A stretch of 64,000 nucleotides of DNA from Eledone cirrhosa (GCA_964016885.1 OZ024752.1:34720001-34784000), one strand, 5' to 3'; positions 25,952 through 40,311 are shown, counted from the first letter of the stretch. Numbers and translations: made by a program. The notes: generated by a model from the sequence alone, not told the origin.

Positions 25952-26407
25952 GATGCTGGTGGTGTCGGTGGTGCTGGTGCTGGTGCTGGTGGTGGTAGTG
26001 GTGGTGATGGAGGTGCTGGTGGTGTCGGTGGTGGTGGTAATGGAGGTGCTGGTGTGGTGGTGGTGCTGGTGGTTGTGGTGGTGGTGGAGGGGATTGGTGA
26101 AACATCTTAAAGCGTCAGATGAGAGGCCCTGCTGTATTTATTCCGGTTCTTTGCCTTCTTCTGTCTTTAAACATCGCTGTTACCTACTTGGGTGGTTGGT
26201 AGCCTTAATCCGGCATTCGGTTTAACACTAGAAAACTGGCTCTTTTGGTGCCCTTCCTTTATGGAGTCTAGTCTGTTGCAAGAATTCGGGACAGGGCAGG
26301 GGACCACTATGAGGATACCTTCCTCTACTCCCTCTCTCTATTAGCCACGAGTTTCGGAAGCTCTGCCTCTCTCCTGATTAAATATTAAAAAGAAAAACAT
26401 TATTTAG

Positions 26408-27015
26408 ATGTGGATTGGCAGTATCGGTAGAGGCTCGGACGCCATGCTTTGACGCATAGAGTTACGGCCCTTGCCATTCTGAGTTCAAATCCCGCCGAGG
26501 TTAACATTGCCTTTCATCCTTACGGGGTCGATTAAATAAAGTACCAGTAATACACTGGGTAAATGCTGGCCTTGTGCCAAAAGTAGAAACAATTATATGA
26601 CTGTTGATTGGCAGTATTGTTAGTGCGTCAGACACCATGCTTCGCAGCATAGAGTTATGGCCCTTTAAGTTCTCAGTTCAAATCCCGCCGAGGTTAACTT
26701 TGCCTTTCATCCTTACGGGGTCGATAAAATAAAGCACCAGTAATGCACTGGGGTCGATTTAATCGACTTTCTCCTCCCACCCAAATTTCTGACCTTGTGC
26801 CTATAGTAGAAATCATTATTGGATTGGCAGTATCGGTAGAGTGTCGGACGCCATGCTTTGCAGCATAGAGTTATGACCCTTTACGTTCTGAGTTCAAATC
26901 CCGCCGAGGTTAACTTTACCTTTCATCCTTATGGGGTCGATAAAATAAAGTACCAGTAATGCACTGGGGTAATTGCTGGCATGATGCCATGGAGCCAAAA
27001 GTAGAAACAATTATT
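26408..27015 (+). mobile_element. Three tandem SINE copies
   Basis: Copies at about 26408, 26604 and 26821. Confidence 0.9.
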
Positions 27016-27139
27016 TAGAACGGTAAAAATTGCGAACACAACAGTATCTAAATTAGTACCTCGCCATTTTGAATTGAAAGCCCATCAAAGTCGAGTGATT
27101 TTTCTTTATGTCCCCAATGATTGATAAATGACATGTTTC

Positions 27140-28205
27140 CAATCCAACCCAAAGCTTTCTCACTCCTGTGGGAGGAACCTCTCCCTGGTTGACCTCCATC
27201 CAACCCAGGGCCTTCTCACTCTTTCTGGAGGAACCCCTCCTTGGTTGACCTCCATCCAACCCAGGGCCTTCTCACTCTTTCTGGAGGAACCCCTCCCTGG
27301 TTGACCTCCATCCAACCCAGGGCCTTCTCACTCCTGTGGAAGGAACCCCTCCTTGGTTGACCTCCATCCAACCCAGGGCCTTCTCACTCTTTCTGGAGGA
27401 ACCCCTCCTTGGTTGACCTCCATCCAATCTAGAGCCTTCTCACTCCTGTTGGAGGAACCCCTCCCTGGTTGACCTCCATCCAACCCAGGGCCTTCTCACT
27501 CATGTGGAAGGAACCCCTCCCTGGTTGACCTCCATCCAATCCAGGTCCTCTCACTCCTGTGGGAGGAACCCCTCCCTGGTTGACCTCCATCCAATCCAGG
27601 ACCTTCTCACTCCTGTGGAAGGAACCCCTCCCTGGTTGACCTCCATCCAACCCAGGGCCTTCTCACTCCTGTGGAAGGAACCCCTCCCTGGTTGACCTCC
27701 ATCCAACCCAGGGCCTTCTCACTCATGTGGAAGGAACCCCTCCCTGGTTGACCTCCATCCAACCCAGGGCCTTCTCACTCCTGTGGAAGGAACCCCTCCC
27801 TGGTTGACCTCCATCCAACCCAGGGCCTTCTCACTCATGTGGAAGGAACCCCTCCCTGGTTGACCTCCATCCAACCCAGGGCCTTCTCACTCCTGTTGGA
27901 GGAACCCCTCCCTGGTTGACCTCCATCCAACCCAGGGCCTTCTCACTCCTGTGGAAGGAACCCCTCCCTGGTTGACCTCCATCCAACCCAGGGCCTTCTC
28001 ACTCCTGTGGAAGGAACCCCTCCTTGGTTGACCTCCACCCAACCCAATCCCTTCTCACTCCTGTGGGAGGAACCCCTCCCTGTTTGACCTCCACCGCTTT
28101 CCAGTTGGTTTCGGTCATGTCTTGTCTTCAGGGGTGTAGCTATGCTCACCACACTTGGCCAATTGTGGAGTGGTGAGGCTATTTAACCCATGGTTGGGGG
28201 CGGAG
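27140..28205 (-). repeat. 56-bp minisatellite (about 17 copies) within a dispersed repeat
   Basis: Unit AACCCAGGGCCTTCTCACTCCTGTGGAAGGAACCCCTCCCTGGTTGACCTCCATCC; array and flank are homologous, inverted, to 44530-45065. Confidence 0.9.
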
Positions 28206-28539
28206 GGGCTATATGTCTACCTCCCAACAGACATAGAAGTTTAACATTCTATATTTTCTTTGTTTTTTTTGTGTTGTGGGTTTTTTTTTTGGGGGGGGGG
28301 GTTGCTAATTCAATCATTTAATCATTGATGAACTCAGTTAAGATAAATCAATAGATAAATCAATAACATCTTCTAGTTAGTTGATGGCGAGGGGGGGGGG
28401 TACAATGGACAGAGAATGTTTCTGGGACGAGGATAAAAACTGAACAAAAATACAACAGTAACAACAACAAGAGTAACAATAAATAAAAAGTGATAAGTGA
28501 GTTTTTTATTTGGAAATAAAAGAGAGAAAGAAATAGTGT

Positions 28540-28876
28540 ATGAAGTGAGGGAGAGAAAGAGTGTATGAAGTGAGGGAGAGAAAGAGAGTATGAAGTGAGA
28601 GAGAGAAAGAGAAAACAGCTGTATGAGATGTGAGAGAAAGGGGTGTTATAAAAGAGACAGTTGCGGGAGAGAGGGGGGGCGAGAGAGAGAGAGAGAGAGA
28701 GAGAGGAAAAGAGTGAAAAACAGAAAGAGAGAGCGAGAGATAGAGAATATGAAGTAGGAGGGATAAGAGTGTTGATAAATAGAGACAATCGTGAGAGAGA
28801 CTGTGAGAGATTATGAGGTGAGAGGGATAATGGTGTTGATAAAAAGAGACAATCGTGCACGAGAGAGAAAGAAAGA

Positions 28877-28939
<63 letters not shown>

Positions 28940-29038
28940 TGTAAGAGAGAGAGAGAGGTGTGTGAGAGAGGTTATGAGGTAAGGGGGATAATGGTGTTGA
29001 TAAAATTAGACAATCATGCGCGAGAGAGAGAGAGAGTG

Positions 29039-29092
<54 letters not shown>

Positions 29093-29106
29093 GGAGAAAG
29101 AGAGAA

Positions 29107-29140
<34 letters not shown>

Positions 29141-29147
29141 TGTGTGC

Positions 29148-29200
<53 letters not shown>

Positions 29201-29348
29201 GGTTATGAGGTGAGAGGGATAATGGTGTTGATAAAATGAGACAATCATGCGCGCGAGAGAGAGAGAGTGTGTGTGTGTGTGTGTGAAAGAGAAAGAGAGA
29301 GAGAGAAAGAGAGAGAGAGAAATAGAGAGGGAGAGAGTGTGTGTGTGT

Positions 29349-29405
<57 letters not shown>

Positions 29406-29460
29406 CGGGTTATGAGGTGAGAGGGATAATGGTGTTGATAAAAAGAGACAATCGCGAAAG
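28540..29460. repeat. Composite GA/GT microsatellite with four copies of a ~45-bp spacer
   Basis: TTATGAGGTGAGAGGGATAATGGTGTTGATAAAA at about 28811, 28972, 29203 and 29410. Confidence 0.85.
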
Positions 29461-29912
29461 CAAGACACTATTTATTATAAGCTTTCAAACAAGTATAGTA
29501 ATAGGACAATAAATGGGAAAACTGGTTGGTTGGTTAATCGTCATGAGACCTCCGGGGTAGTGAAAGAAATATCACATTAGTTGTTGAAAGGAACACTCCT
29601 ACGGTGTAATTAGATAACGTCCCACATGCAAGTAAACACTTTACCACACACATACACACACACATACACACACACACACACTCTTTCTTTCTTTATTTCT
29701 TTTTTCTTTCTTTATTTTCAAAATAATCTTTCTTGTACCAAAAATGGGTCTTCCAGAAATAAATTCTGGTGGATAATTTTGTAATTATTTCCCCCTGTAT
29801 ATATATATATATGTATATATATATATGTACGTTATTCCGGGTTGAATCGGAGGTAACCACAGTAAGTAAGGTACTCAATACATTGCAGAGTATAAAAGTT
29901 TTAATATAGATG

Positions 29913-29963
29913 AGATTCTACAGGACTAGAACTGTTTCATTCTTTAGAAATCATCAGGAATCT
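29913..29963 (-). ncRNA. Type I hammerhead ribozyme
   Basis: AGATTC-CTGATGA-TTTCTAAAGAAT-GAA-ACAG-TTCTAGTC-CTGT-A-GAATCT; stems I (6 bp), II and III pair; GUA cleavage site. Confidence 0.8.
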
Positions 29964-30099
29964 GGGTATCAAAAAATAGTAGAATTAGCTTTTAATGAAT
30001 TCCCTTTTCTATCAACCAATGACCTACACCCATCCCACTCCCCACCCTCTCCTACCACTTGTAGAGACCTATAAATACCATATTTATTTTTTGATACCC

Positions 30100-30150
30100 A
30101 GATTCCTGATGATTTCTAAAGAATGAAACAGTTCTAGTCCTGTAGAATCT
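30100..30150 (+). ncRNA. Type I hammerhead ribozyme
   Basis: Same sequence as the 29913-29963 copy; CTGATGA at 30106-30112, GAAA at 30125-30128, predicted cleavage after 30144. Confidence 0.8.
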
Positions 30151-30269
30151 CATCTATATTAAAACTATATATATATATATATAAATGTGTGTGTGTGTGT
30201 ATATATATGTGTGTCTGTATGTATATATGTACGTATGTATATATGTACGTATGTATATATGCATGTGTG

Positions 30270-30378
<109 letters not shown>

Positions 30379-30391
30379 ATGGATGGATGTA

Positions 30392-30530
30392 AAAAGGTAA
30401 ACAGAAATAACAACACAATCGGTACAGTATATGGAAGAGATATATTAGGTTAACGCTTGAAATAGCAGGAAGAGGGTCATAACGTTTCGGACGGTAGTCC
30501 TTCATCAGAAGGAAGAATGAGAAATTATAT
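30392..30530 (-). mobile_element. Penelope-like 3' end (family E) with minimal hammerhead
   Basis: Minus strand CTGATGA-A-GGAC-TACC-GTCC-GAAAC-GTT at 30508-30481; related ends at 4697-4803, 42037-42165, 43335-43412 and 51355-51385, mostly next to (TG)n. Confidence 0.65.
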
Positions 30531-30656
30531 ATATAATTTCTCACTCTTCCCTCTTTGTCTCTCTTTATATATATACTAGGATGAAACGATCGTAAGTGAT
30601 TAAATGTTTTAAACACTCTTTGATTGTTATTTATAATGTAATATATATATACATAC

Positions 30657-30687
<31 letters not shown>

Positions 30688-30768
30688 GGTATATATATAT
30701 AAGTATGTACTCGTACGTACATATATGTATACAAACGTACAGTAGTATGTATATATATATATATATAT

Positions 30769-30950
30769 ACGTTATTCCGGGTTGAATCGGAGGTAACCAC
30801 AGTAAGTAAGGTACTCAATACATAGCAGAGTATAACAGTTTTAATATAGATGAGATTCTACAGGACTAGAACTGTTTCATTCATTAGAAATTCCTGATGA
30901 TTTCTAATGAATGAAACAGTTCTAGTCCTGTAGAATCTCATCTATATTAA

Positions 30951-30955
<5 letters not shown>
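30769..30955. mobile_element. Family A foldback element; plus-strand hammerhead at 30890-30938
   Basis: Same ends as 29829-30165 with a different central junction. Confidence 0.85.
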
Positions 30956-31027
<72 letters not shown>

Positions 31028-31269
31028 TGTATATGTATATGTATGTACATATACATATATGTACATATACATATATGTATGTACGTGTACATACTTATAT
31101 GTAGGTAACAGCCGTACTAAGAGTGGGAAATGAAATTTCGTTTCATTTTTTCCGTTTATCGTTTTCGGTGCACCCGGCCGAGTAACTCACTCGATATGCA
31201 AATTGGGCTACTCAGCCGTTAATATGCATAAGGTAAGTATATACGTTCAACAATCTGACAGGAAGGTAT

Positions 31270-31312
31270 ACGTTGCTGACGATAGCTAATAAGCTTGAAA
31301 CTAGTACAGCGT
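31270..31312 (+). ncRNA. Type I hammerhead ribozyme inside a 420-bp direct-repeat unit
   Basis: ACGTTG-CTGACGA-TAGCTAATAAGCTT-GAA-ACTAGT-A-CAGCGT; palindromic stem III, GUA site. Confidence 0.85.
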
Positions 31313-31636
31313 TCCTTTGTCAGTGTTGAACAAACGAGCAACGATGGTTGCTGGACACTACGGCTTAATACGGGATGTTTGTTTACAAACACACCGAGCA
31401 TTATAATAAATGTTCGGTGAATCCATACATGCATGTATACATGTGTGCATGTATGTATATATATATACATACTACTGTACGTCTGTATACATATATGTAT
31501 GTACGTGTACATACTTATATTTAAGTAACAGCCGTACTAAGAGTGGGAAATGAAATTCCGTTTCATTTTTCCGTTTATCGTATATATATATATACGTGTG
31601 TGTGTATGTGTGTGCGTGTGTGTCTGTATATATGTT

Positions 31637-31668
<32 letters not shown>

Positions 31669-32072
31669 CACACTGACATATATATATATATATATGTATG
31701 CCTGTGTGTTTGTATGTATCATATATACATATATATATTATACATACAAATATTTATATATTTGCATAACAAAATATTTGTATATATATATAATTTATTG
31801 ACTGACACGCACACACATAAACACACACACACTCACACACACAAACACAAACACACACACACACACACACAAACATACACACACAAACACGCACACACAC
31901 AAACATACACACACAAACACGCACACACATAAACACACACACACACAAACACGCTCACACATAACCACGCACACACACAAACAAACACACACACACATTC
32001 AATTTATAACGCACATTTTCCTCCTTGTCAACCTAAAGTAAGTTCATAATAACAACAACAACAACAACAACA

Positions 32073-32119
<47 letters not shown>

Positions 32120-32474
32120 TGTGCGTAAATACATATAAAATAAAATATAGAAAATATTTGTATATTATTTGATTAAAGTCTATTGAATTCTGTAAATGAC
32201 TTTCGCAGACAAATTAGCTTCTCTCCTAGGAATGTTCTATCAAACGATTTAATATATTCTATATTAGAGTAGAGTATGTGAAATAGTGAAAATAGGAAGT
32301 TATACTGGTAAACTCGTAACAGATTCCATCTTGCGCAGCAGACGATGAAAACACCAAATCTAATCATTTTTCTGTTCTTTAATTAAAATATTTACTTCTT
32401 ACTGTGTAAAGGAGAATGGAAAGGAAAAAAAGAGGCGAAGTTTTAATAGAAACACATATATATATATACTATAT

Positions 32475-32855
32475 AATTGTTTCTATTTTTGGCACAAGGC
32501 CAGCAAATATCTCAGTGCATTACTGGTATTTTATTATTTTATCGAACCCACGTAAGGATGAAAGGAAAAGTTAACCTCGGCTAGGCCAGATTTGAACTCG
32601 GACCGTAACTCTGTGCTGGAAAGCATGGCGTCCGACCCTCTACCGATACTGCCAATCCACCATTTAATTGTTTCTACTTTTGACACAAGGCCAGCAATTA
32701 TCCCAGTTCATTACTGGTATTTTATTATTTTATCGACCCCCGTAAGGATGAAAGGCAAAGTTAACCTCGGCAGGATTTGAACTCAGACCGTAAAGGGCCG
32801 TAACTCTATGCTGCAAAGCATGGCGTCCGATCCCCTACCTATACTGCCAATCCAT
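32475..32855 (-). mobile_element. Two tandem SINE copies
   Basis: Reverse-complement copies at 32475-32662 and 32666-32855. Confidence 0.88.
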
Positions 32856-34729
32856 CATATAATACTATATAAGTAGTCGCTGAGAATGGACTCCAAAACA
32901 TTATTTCTTAATTCTTCAGCAATGAGATCTTTTAAAACCAAGTCTTAAATCTGTCACAAGCCAAGAGGCTCATCAAATTGGTGCTTATCCCGGGTTCCGT
33001 ACTGTGAAGAAACTGAGGGTACAAGAACCCCCCTGCCAGGGCAGGACGTCAGTCCATCGCAGGGGTTAAGCCTCCAGCTATTGTCAGCAGTCATTTTCAG
33101 CTGAGTATACTGGAGCAACGTGAATTGAACAAAAATCGGAAGGACTCTAATAATTGACTCTAATAACTCCTTTAATCCACTGCCTCTGGGTTGCAACTTT
33201 ATTTTATCGACCTTGAAACAATGAAAAACGAAAATGGCCTTGAAAATACTTAAATTAAATGAAGTGAAAATGTCTCAGCTGGGCTTTGCATAGCGATTTC
33301 AATAGTGGTTAAAATTTCTTCACAGTATCGACTAACCAAGATATTACCCTCTGGCTTCTGACTGTCACCAAAACACAGAAATACTCAAAGAATCTTTTCG
33401 TATTTTAGGCATTTCACAATCATTAGAATTTTTATAGTTATGTATCAAAAGTAGTTATATTTTCTTTGCATATGTATGAATCCTATTACTAAAACTGTTT
33501 AGGAGAGATGGACTTAGAAACTGTGACATTAATGCTTATATTAATATATTTACGAACGTAAAATGAACGAAATAACTTAGAATTTGAGACCATACACCCG
33601 TCCTCTGACAGCTTACCTCTTCTCTTCAGTGTTTACCAATTGAGACAGGAACAGCAATTTTATATCAGAATAAATTTCTAGCCTTGCTCTAAAACATTTT
33701 TTTAGTAATAACCTTTCCAGAAAACATACGTGTCTGACAATCGCAAGATAAGTATTTCGACCTAGTTTTAGGTCTCATTCAGCTTCAATGCAAACAGGAA
33801 CACGTATGCCGTTTCTGACAGATTGTTTATGTATCACCGAAAAATGGGACAAAATTATCCAGTGTGGAATCCTTTAGTTTTCAGAGACACATCTTTTAAA
33901 GAGGTTATAATCCCTAAGTTATTTTGAACAAGCTTAGAAATATATAAAAATAGAATTTTTTAAACTGTTTGTGATCCATGGTGTAATGTTTTGTAAACAT
34001 AATCAATAATCTGTATGAAACTGTATTAACTCACTTGGTTTGTTTTCTTGTTTTCCTCGTGTGGTCAACGTCTGAAAATGTTTTCATATAGTCTAAAGTC
34101 TGTCTCAAGCCCAGAATTTCATCAAGCCCGTGTTTATCTCAGTCTCCGTGTCGTGAAGCAACTGGGAGTACAGGACTCCTCCTGGACAGGAGGCCAGTCC
34201 ATTTGAGGAACCGTTCTTTTATTTTCATGTCAGATCCTGCTGCACTGAGATATTTATCCCATTCTTTACTATAAAGATTTGCACGTTTTAGAAACTCTCC
34301 CCCGTCAGTCCATAGTTTCTCAACACGTGTTTCACCACCTATGTTTAATATTAATATCAAGCTTATTAATAATAAAACTAGGCTAAAGATAATGGGGGAC
34401 ACTCTTCCTTCACCCATAAAAAAATAAGAAAAGTAATACAGTGGTCATGATATCCAAAGAAGTAGGTTCGTGTCCCATGTACGTCAATGCCCATCCTTTT
34501 TCCAATCTGGGGTTTTTTATAATTCCAACTATTAGACTAATTTACTAGGTCAAAAATACGGCGGAAGCTCTATTTCACTATCAAATATATGTGTTTGTGT
34601 GATTTTGGACACCCTGCAAACAAAAAACAAAACCTGACAAAGGGCGGAAGAACTCATAAGAGTCAACGGCCATCCAAAAATGTGTAAATATATATATATG
34701 CACATGTACATATGTATGTGTATGTATAT

Positions 34730-35420
34730 GCCTGGGGTGTCAGGGAGGGGCATGTACCTCTTGTTAGGGAGGGCTAGCCATGCCCTTTTCAGGACAGCTC
34801 GTCCTGCATTGGGTCCCACCTGACACTCAGCTCTCACCTGTGGCCCCAAGAAGCTGTAGCATGCGACAGCGGTAAACCGCCTTGGCTGGCGGGCCGAACC
34901 AGGTTGAGGGTAGCCGCACGGGTGTGAAACCCCCCGGTGAGTTAGATAGGGGATGCCTGCCCCTGCATGCGAAGACTGGACCCGGCAGAGTGAGTGGAGG
35001 AGGACAACATCGTCCCGACGGACACGAAGGCGGCGACAGCAAGCGGTGTGAAGCGCTAGGGCACGGCAAGGCACTACAGACGTCGTGGCCATCCACTGCA
35101 GCCGAGGAAGTCCCTGGTCGTGACCGTCCTCCGTACCATACCACCTGATTCTGGCTTCTGCGGCCGAGTGAGTGGGACCGTCACTGTGCACTGGCCCTCC
35201 CACTATAAACCTTTCCCGCACAGGTTTCTTCTTTAGCGTGCACTCCCAAAGCCCTGCGGCGATGGGCGAGAGGTGGAGGTAACCTCTGGGAGGTCTGACT
35301 CCGGTCTCTTCCCCTGCCCCCGGACCTGCAAGTCAATGATCGGCCTCTACAGCCACCTTTGTGCCCACGGCAGACGGGAACAACAATAAAGAAGATGTCA
35401 TCATCGTTTACGATGGACAA
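34730..35420 (+). mobile_element. GC-rich segment resembling an RTE-clade LINE 5' UTR
   Basis: Motifs CACTCAGCTCTCACCTGTGGC, GCATGCGACAGCGG, CCCCGGTGAG, GCATGCGAAGAC and ATCCACTGCA recalled from RTE 5' UTRs; bounded by TA-rich microsatellites. Confidence 0.5.
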
Positions 35421-35490
35421 CCAAGAAGGATATATATTTATATTTATATCCATACGTGTGTATATCCATACATATAATGTACATAAATGA

Positions 35491-35523
<33 letters not shown>

Positions 35524-35533
<10 letters not shown>

Positions 35534-35884
35534 TAAACAAATAATGAATAAACAATTCCTTATATTAAACAAAAAAAGTTCATTATTTAACGATCGTTTC
35601 TAGGGTATATATGTGTTATAATTGGTATGCATATTCAACAGATCTATGTACAAAATTATAACACATATATACCCTAGAAACGATCGTTAAATAATGAACT
35701 TTTTTTGTTTAATATAAGGAATTGTTTATTCATTATTTGTTTAATATTTTATCTTGACTCTGTATACCGTTTATCTTTCACCGAAAGTGGTTTTTCATTA
35801 CATCTCTTCTTTCCATGATATCCGGAATACATTGAGTTCTTCATACGGATTGGACACTACCGTAAACTCTTGGTAGATTTATCT

Positions 35885-35887
<3 letters not shown>
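35524..35887. mobile_element. Foldback element (family I) with hammerhead 3' half and 3' bulged stem-loop
   Basis: About 100-bp inverted arms (35524-35623, 35654-35752); GAAACGATCGTT; stem-loop 35756-35838. Confidence 0.75.
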
Positions 35888-35916
<29 letters not shown>

Positions 35917-35937
35917 GTATATATATATATATATATA

Positions 35938-36190
35938 TAATGGAAAATTTGAACAGGAACAAAACAGAGAGGCAGTACAACGAATGTTTATTAATTTCAC
36001 GCTCTGGAGAGTGGGGTGGTGGTGGGGAACGACGTTTCGGGCATAAGCCCTTCTTCAGGTGAAAAGTGTGTGGGAAGAGAGTTCAAAGGGTGTGTAGGGG
36101 AGTGGTGGAGAGACATATAGCGAAAAGGGGGTGGGAGGAAACGATGCGAATGAAATTAAAAATAAAAGCATGATCAAAATAAAATAAAAT
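35938..36190 (-). mobile_element. Penelope-like 3' end (family G) with minimal hammerhead
   Basis: Minus strand CTGAAGA-A-GGGC-TTAT-GCCC-GAAAC-GTC at 36058-36031; second copy at 40960-41150 (core 41077-41050). Confidence 0.75.
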
Positions 36191-36325
36191 TAAATTAAAT
36201 TAAAATGGGGTAAAACAGGTGGTGGAAGGGTGTGGGGTGTGTAGGGGTGGTGGCGGGTGGAGTGGGGAGAGGGAGACGGGGTGTCCGAGCGGGGAGGGCT
36301 GAAGGTGGTGTGTGTGTGTAGGTGT

Positions 36326-36364
<39 letters not shown>

Positions 36365-36491
36365 CAAGGGTTGGAGGAAGAACGGGGTTGCATGTTCAGG
36401 AAGAGGTGTGTGTGGGGTGGGGTGTAGGTCGGAGTGTGTGTGCGTGTGTGGATAGAGGGGTGGGGGGAGAGGAATCCGGAGGCTGAAGGTG

Positions 36492-36532
<41 letters not shown>

Positions 36533-36599
36533 GTGTATAAATGTATAAATAAGGGTAAGTGTTTAAATATTTACATTCACAATGTGGGCTTGTACGTAT

Positions 36600-36718
36600 A
36601 ATTATACCTGCATGTATATGTATGTATCTGTGTGTGTGTGTGCGTGTATTTGCGCGCATGTATGTATAACTTATGTATGTCTGTCTACACATACAAACAT
36701 GTATATATATATATATGC

Positions 36719-36750
<32 letters not shown>

Positions 36751-36751
36751 T

Positions 36752-36804
<53 letters not shown>

Positions 36805-36917
36805 ATATATATATATATGTGTGTGTGTGTTTATATATATATATATATGTGTGTGCGTGTGTGTGTGTGTGTGCTTATATATATATGTGTGTGTGTGTGT
36901 GTGTTTATATATATATA

Positions 36918-36950
<33 letters not shown>

Positions 36951-36993
36951 ATGTGTGTGTGTATGTATGTATGTATGTATGTGTGTGTGTGTT

Positions 36994-37034
<41 letters not shown>

Positions 37035-37139
37035 ATATATATATATATATGTGTGTGTGTGTTTATATATATATATATGTGTGTGCGTGTGTGTTTATAT
37101 ATATATGTGTGTGTGTGTGTGTGTTTATATATATATATA

Positions 37140-37170
<31 letters not shown>

Positions 37171-37203
37171 GTGTGTATGTATGTATGTATGTGTGTATGT
37201 GTT

Positions 37204-37240
<37 letters not shown>

Positions 37241-37241
37241 T

Positions 37242-37272
<31 letters not shown>

Positions 37273-37347
37273 TTATATATATATATGTGTGTGTGTGTGC
37301 GTGTGTGTGTGTTTTTATATACATATATGTGTGTGTGTGTGTGTGTT

Positions 37348-37400
<53 letters not shown>

Positions 37401-37417
37401 ATGTGTGTGTGTGTCTT

Positions 37418-37470
<53 letters not shown>

Positions 37471-37760
37471 ATATATATATATATGTGTGTGTGTATATAT
37501 ACATATATACGTATACATCGAACAATTTTAAACAATTGAAATTTGGCAATGTACCAACCCACTCCACCCTCCCCTTTACACATCCAATTCATTCTCCCCC
37601 TTTACAGCAACCTAGGGGGTCCTTGTTGTAAACTAGTCAACTTGGTGAACGATTTTCCACAAAAAAGGAAATAGGGATTACTCACTCACGAGCCCTTATC
37701 CATCGCCCCGGAGCATTTCTCTAATGTGTATATGATTATATATACTCGTATATGTATGTA

Positions 37761-37797
<37 letters not shown>

Positions 37798-37880
37798 GCA
37801 TATATATATGCATATATATATATATATTTATATATGCATACATATATATATATATGTATATATATATATGTATATATGTA

Positions 37881-37960
<80 letters not shown>

Positions 37961-37984
37961 CATATATATATATATATATATGTA

Positions 37985-38074
<90 letters not shown>

Positions 38075-38263
38075 CACACATATATATGCATATATACACA
38101 CATATATATGCATATATACATATGTGTGTGTGTATCTGTGTATATATATATATGTGTACATATATATGTACACATATATATATACATATGTATATAAACA
38201 CATATATATATATATATATATGTACATATATATGTACATATATATATATACATATGTATATAA

Positions 38264-38317
<54 letters not shown>

Positions 38318-39036
38318 ACACATACACACACACATATATACACACACACACACTCGAAAAACGAACGATACACACATTTGTATGAATGTATTTGTGTCTC
38401 TGCGTGAGTGGGTATATATCTGCGTATGTTATGTGTCTGTGTAGTGTTCTTGTGTGTGTGTGTATGAGTTGTGTGTATATATACACACACATATATGTGT
38501 GTGTGTAGCTGTGATGTATTGGCACGAACTCCTACTCGCTAAACTTGATGAGTAATCTTGGTAGGTGGTAAAATTTAACGAACCGTCAAGCTTTGTTGTA
38601 TCAATTCATTTAGAAAACCTTTAAATCTATGTGATTTTCGCAAACATGGCGGCTTTAAATGCGATCCACCTTCTATAGAGGATATTTTACAAGTGGATGA
38701 TTCTGACGATTTCAAGTACCCGAAAATAAAGGATGAAACATAACTACGTAAAACATAATAGGTGAGAAAATAAAGACATTTAAACACACATTCACACATC
38801 ACTCCATCCCCAACACACAAACACACACACACACATTCAGGCACATTCACACACACATTTAACCACACACACACACACACATTCAACCACACACACACAG
38901 ACACATACACACACATACATAAACAAACATATAAACGCAAACTAACACACATTCACACATCACCCCATCTCCAATACACACACACACATATTCAGGTACA
39001 TTCACACACACATTCAACCACACACACACATTCAAC

Positions 39037-39067
<31 letters not shown>

Positions 39068-39860
39068 ATACACACACATACATAAACAAACATATAAACG
39101 TAAACTAACATACATTCACACATCACCCCCTCCCCAACACACACACACATACATACATAAACAAACACATAAACGCAAACAAACACACATTCACACTCAC
39201 ACCCATTCACACAAACACGTTCACACACTCACACACTCACACACACACACAAACATAAACAAACAAACACAAACACACATACACATACATGCACACTCGT
39301 GTACACAGATACACAGGCACACACATTCATTTACTCTCACACACACAGTAACATGTTCTGATGCACTCATAAACACACACTTTAACACTGATAAGTTCTG
39401 ATATAATCTCTCACACATACACTTTAACACAGACATACACATTAACACAGACATACACATAAACACATACACTTTAACACAAACATACACATAAACACAT
39501 ACACATTAAGACTAACATATACAAACACACACTTTAACACAGACATACACATTAACACAGACATACACAGTAACACTAGCATACACAAACATACACATAC
39601 ATACACACACATTAACACAGACATACACAGTAACACTAGCATACACAAACATACACATAAATACACACACTTTAACACAGACATACACAAACACACTTTA
39701 ATACAGACATACACAAACACACACTTTAACACAGACATACACAAACACAGACTTTAACACAGACATACACAAACACACACATACACAAACTCACACATAC
39801 ACAAACTCACACATTAACACTAACACACACATTAACACTAATATGCTCTGATACACTCAC
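36600..39860. repeat. Compound TG/TA/CA microsatellite-minisatellite region
   Basis: Alternating (TG)n-TT-(TA)n blocks and CA-rich units, with short unique spacers at about 37510-37720 and 38520-38780. Confidence 0.85.
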
Positions 39861-40102
39861 ACATACGCACGGTCTGCTCTACACACGGCTTTGTGCAGAG
39901 TCTCACCGGTAGGTGTCCAAGCATACAGAACCATGTCTAATCACATACAATTACGGTTACCTACAGAGTTGTAAATAGCTATATATATATACGCCCAGAT
40001 GCTTTTGAAACATGGACACTAACAGAGAGAGGGCGGGGGGGGGAACACACACACACACATACATACACACACACACACACGCATATATATATATATATGT
40101 AA

Positions 40103-40257
40103 GTATATCCCGAGTTCAATCGGGGGTAACCACAGTAAGTAAGGTTCTCAATACAAAGCAGAGTATAAATATTTAATATCTACAGGACTAAAACTGTTTC
40201 ATTCGGGAGAAATCATCAGGAAGCCTGATGATTTCTCCCGAGTGAAACATTCTAGTC

Positions 40258-40262
<5 letters not shown>
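40103..40262. mobile_element. Family A foldback element with two opposed hammerhead cores
   Basis: TCATCAG at 40213-40219 and CTGATGA at 40225-40231, back to back; stem II loop TCCC. Confidence 0.8.

Positions 40263-40311
<49 letters not shown>

Larger units (their letters stand above)
29829..30165. mobile_element. Family A foldback element with two divergent complete hammerheads
   Basis: Inverted arms about 29899-29977 and 30086-30165; (TA)n on both sides. Confidence 0.85.

Noticed and set aside
34139-34417. 92-aa ORF with a hydrophobic N-terminus, possible host exon
   Set aside because: No recognisable domain or clear splice sites; could be a decayed LINE; needs BLASTX or RNA-seq
38545-38735. 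Hammerhead-like words (TTGATGA..GAACCGTC; CTGACGA..GAAA)
   Set aside because: Stems I and II do not pair and the core is mismatched
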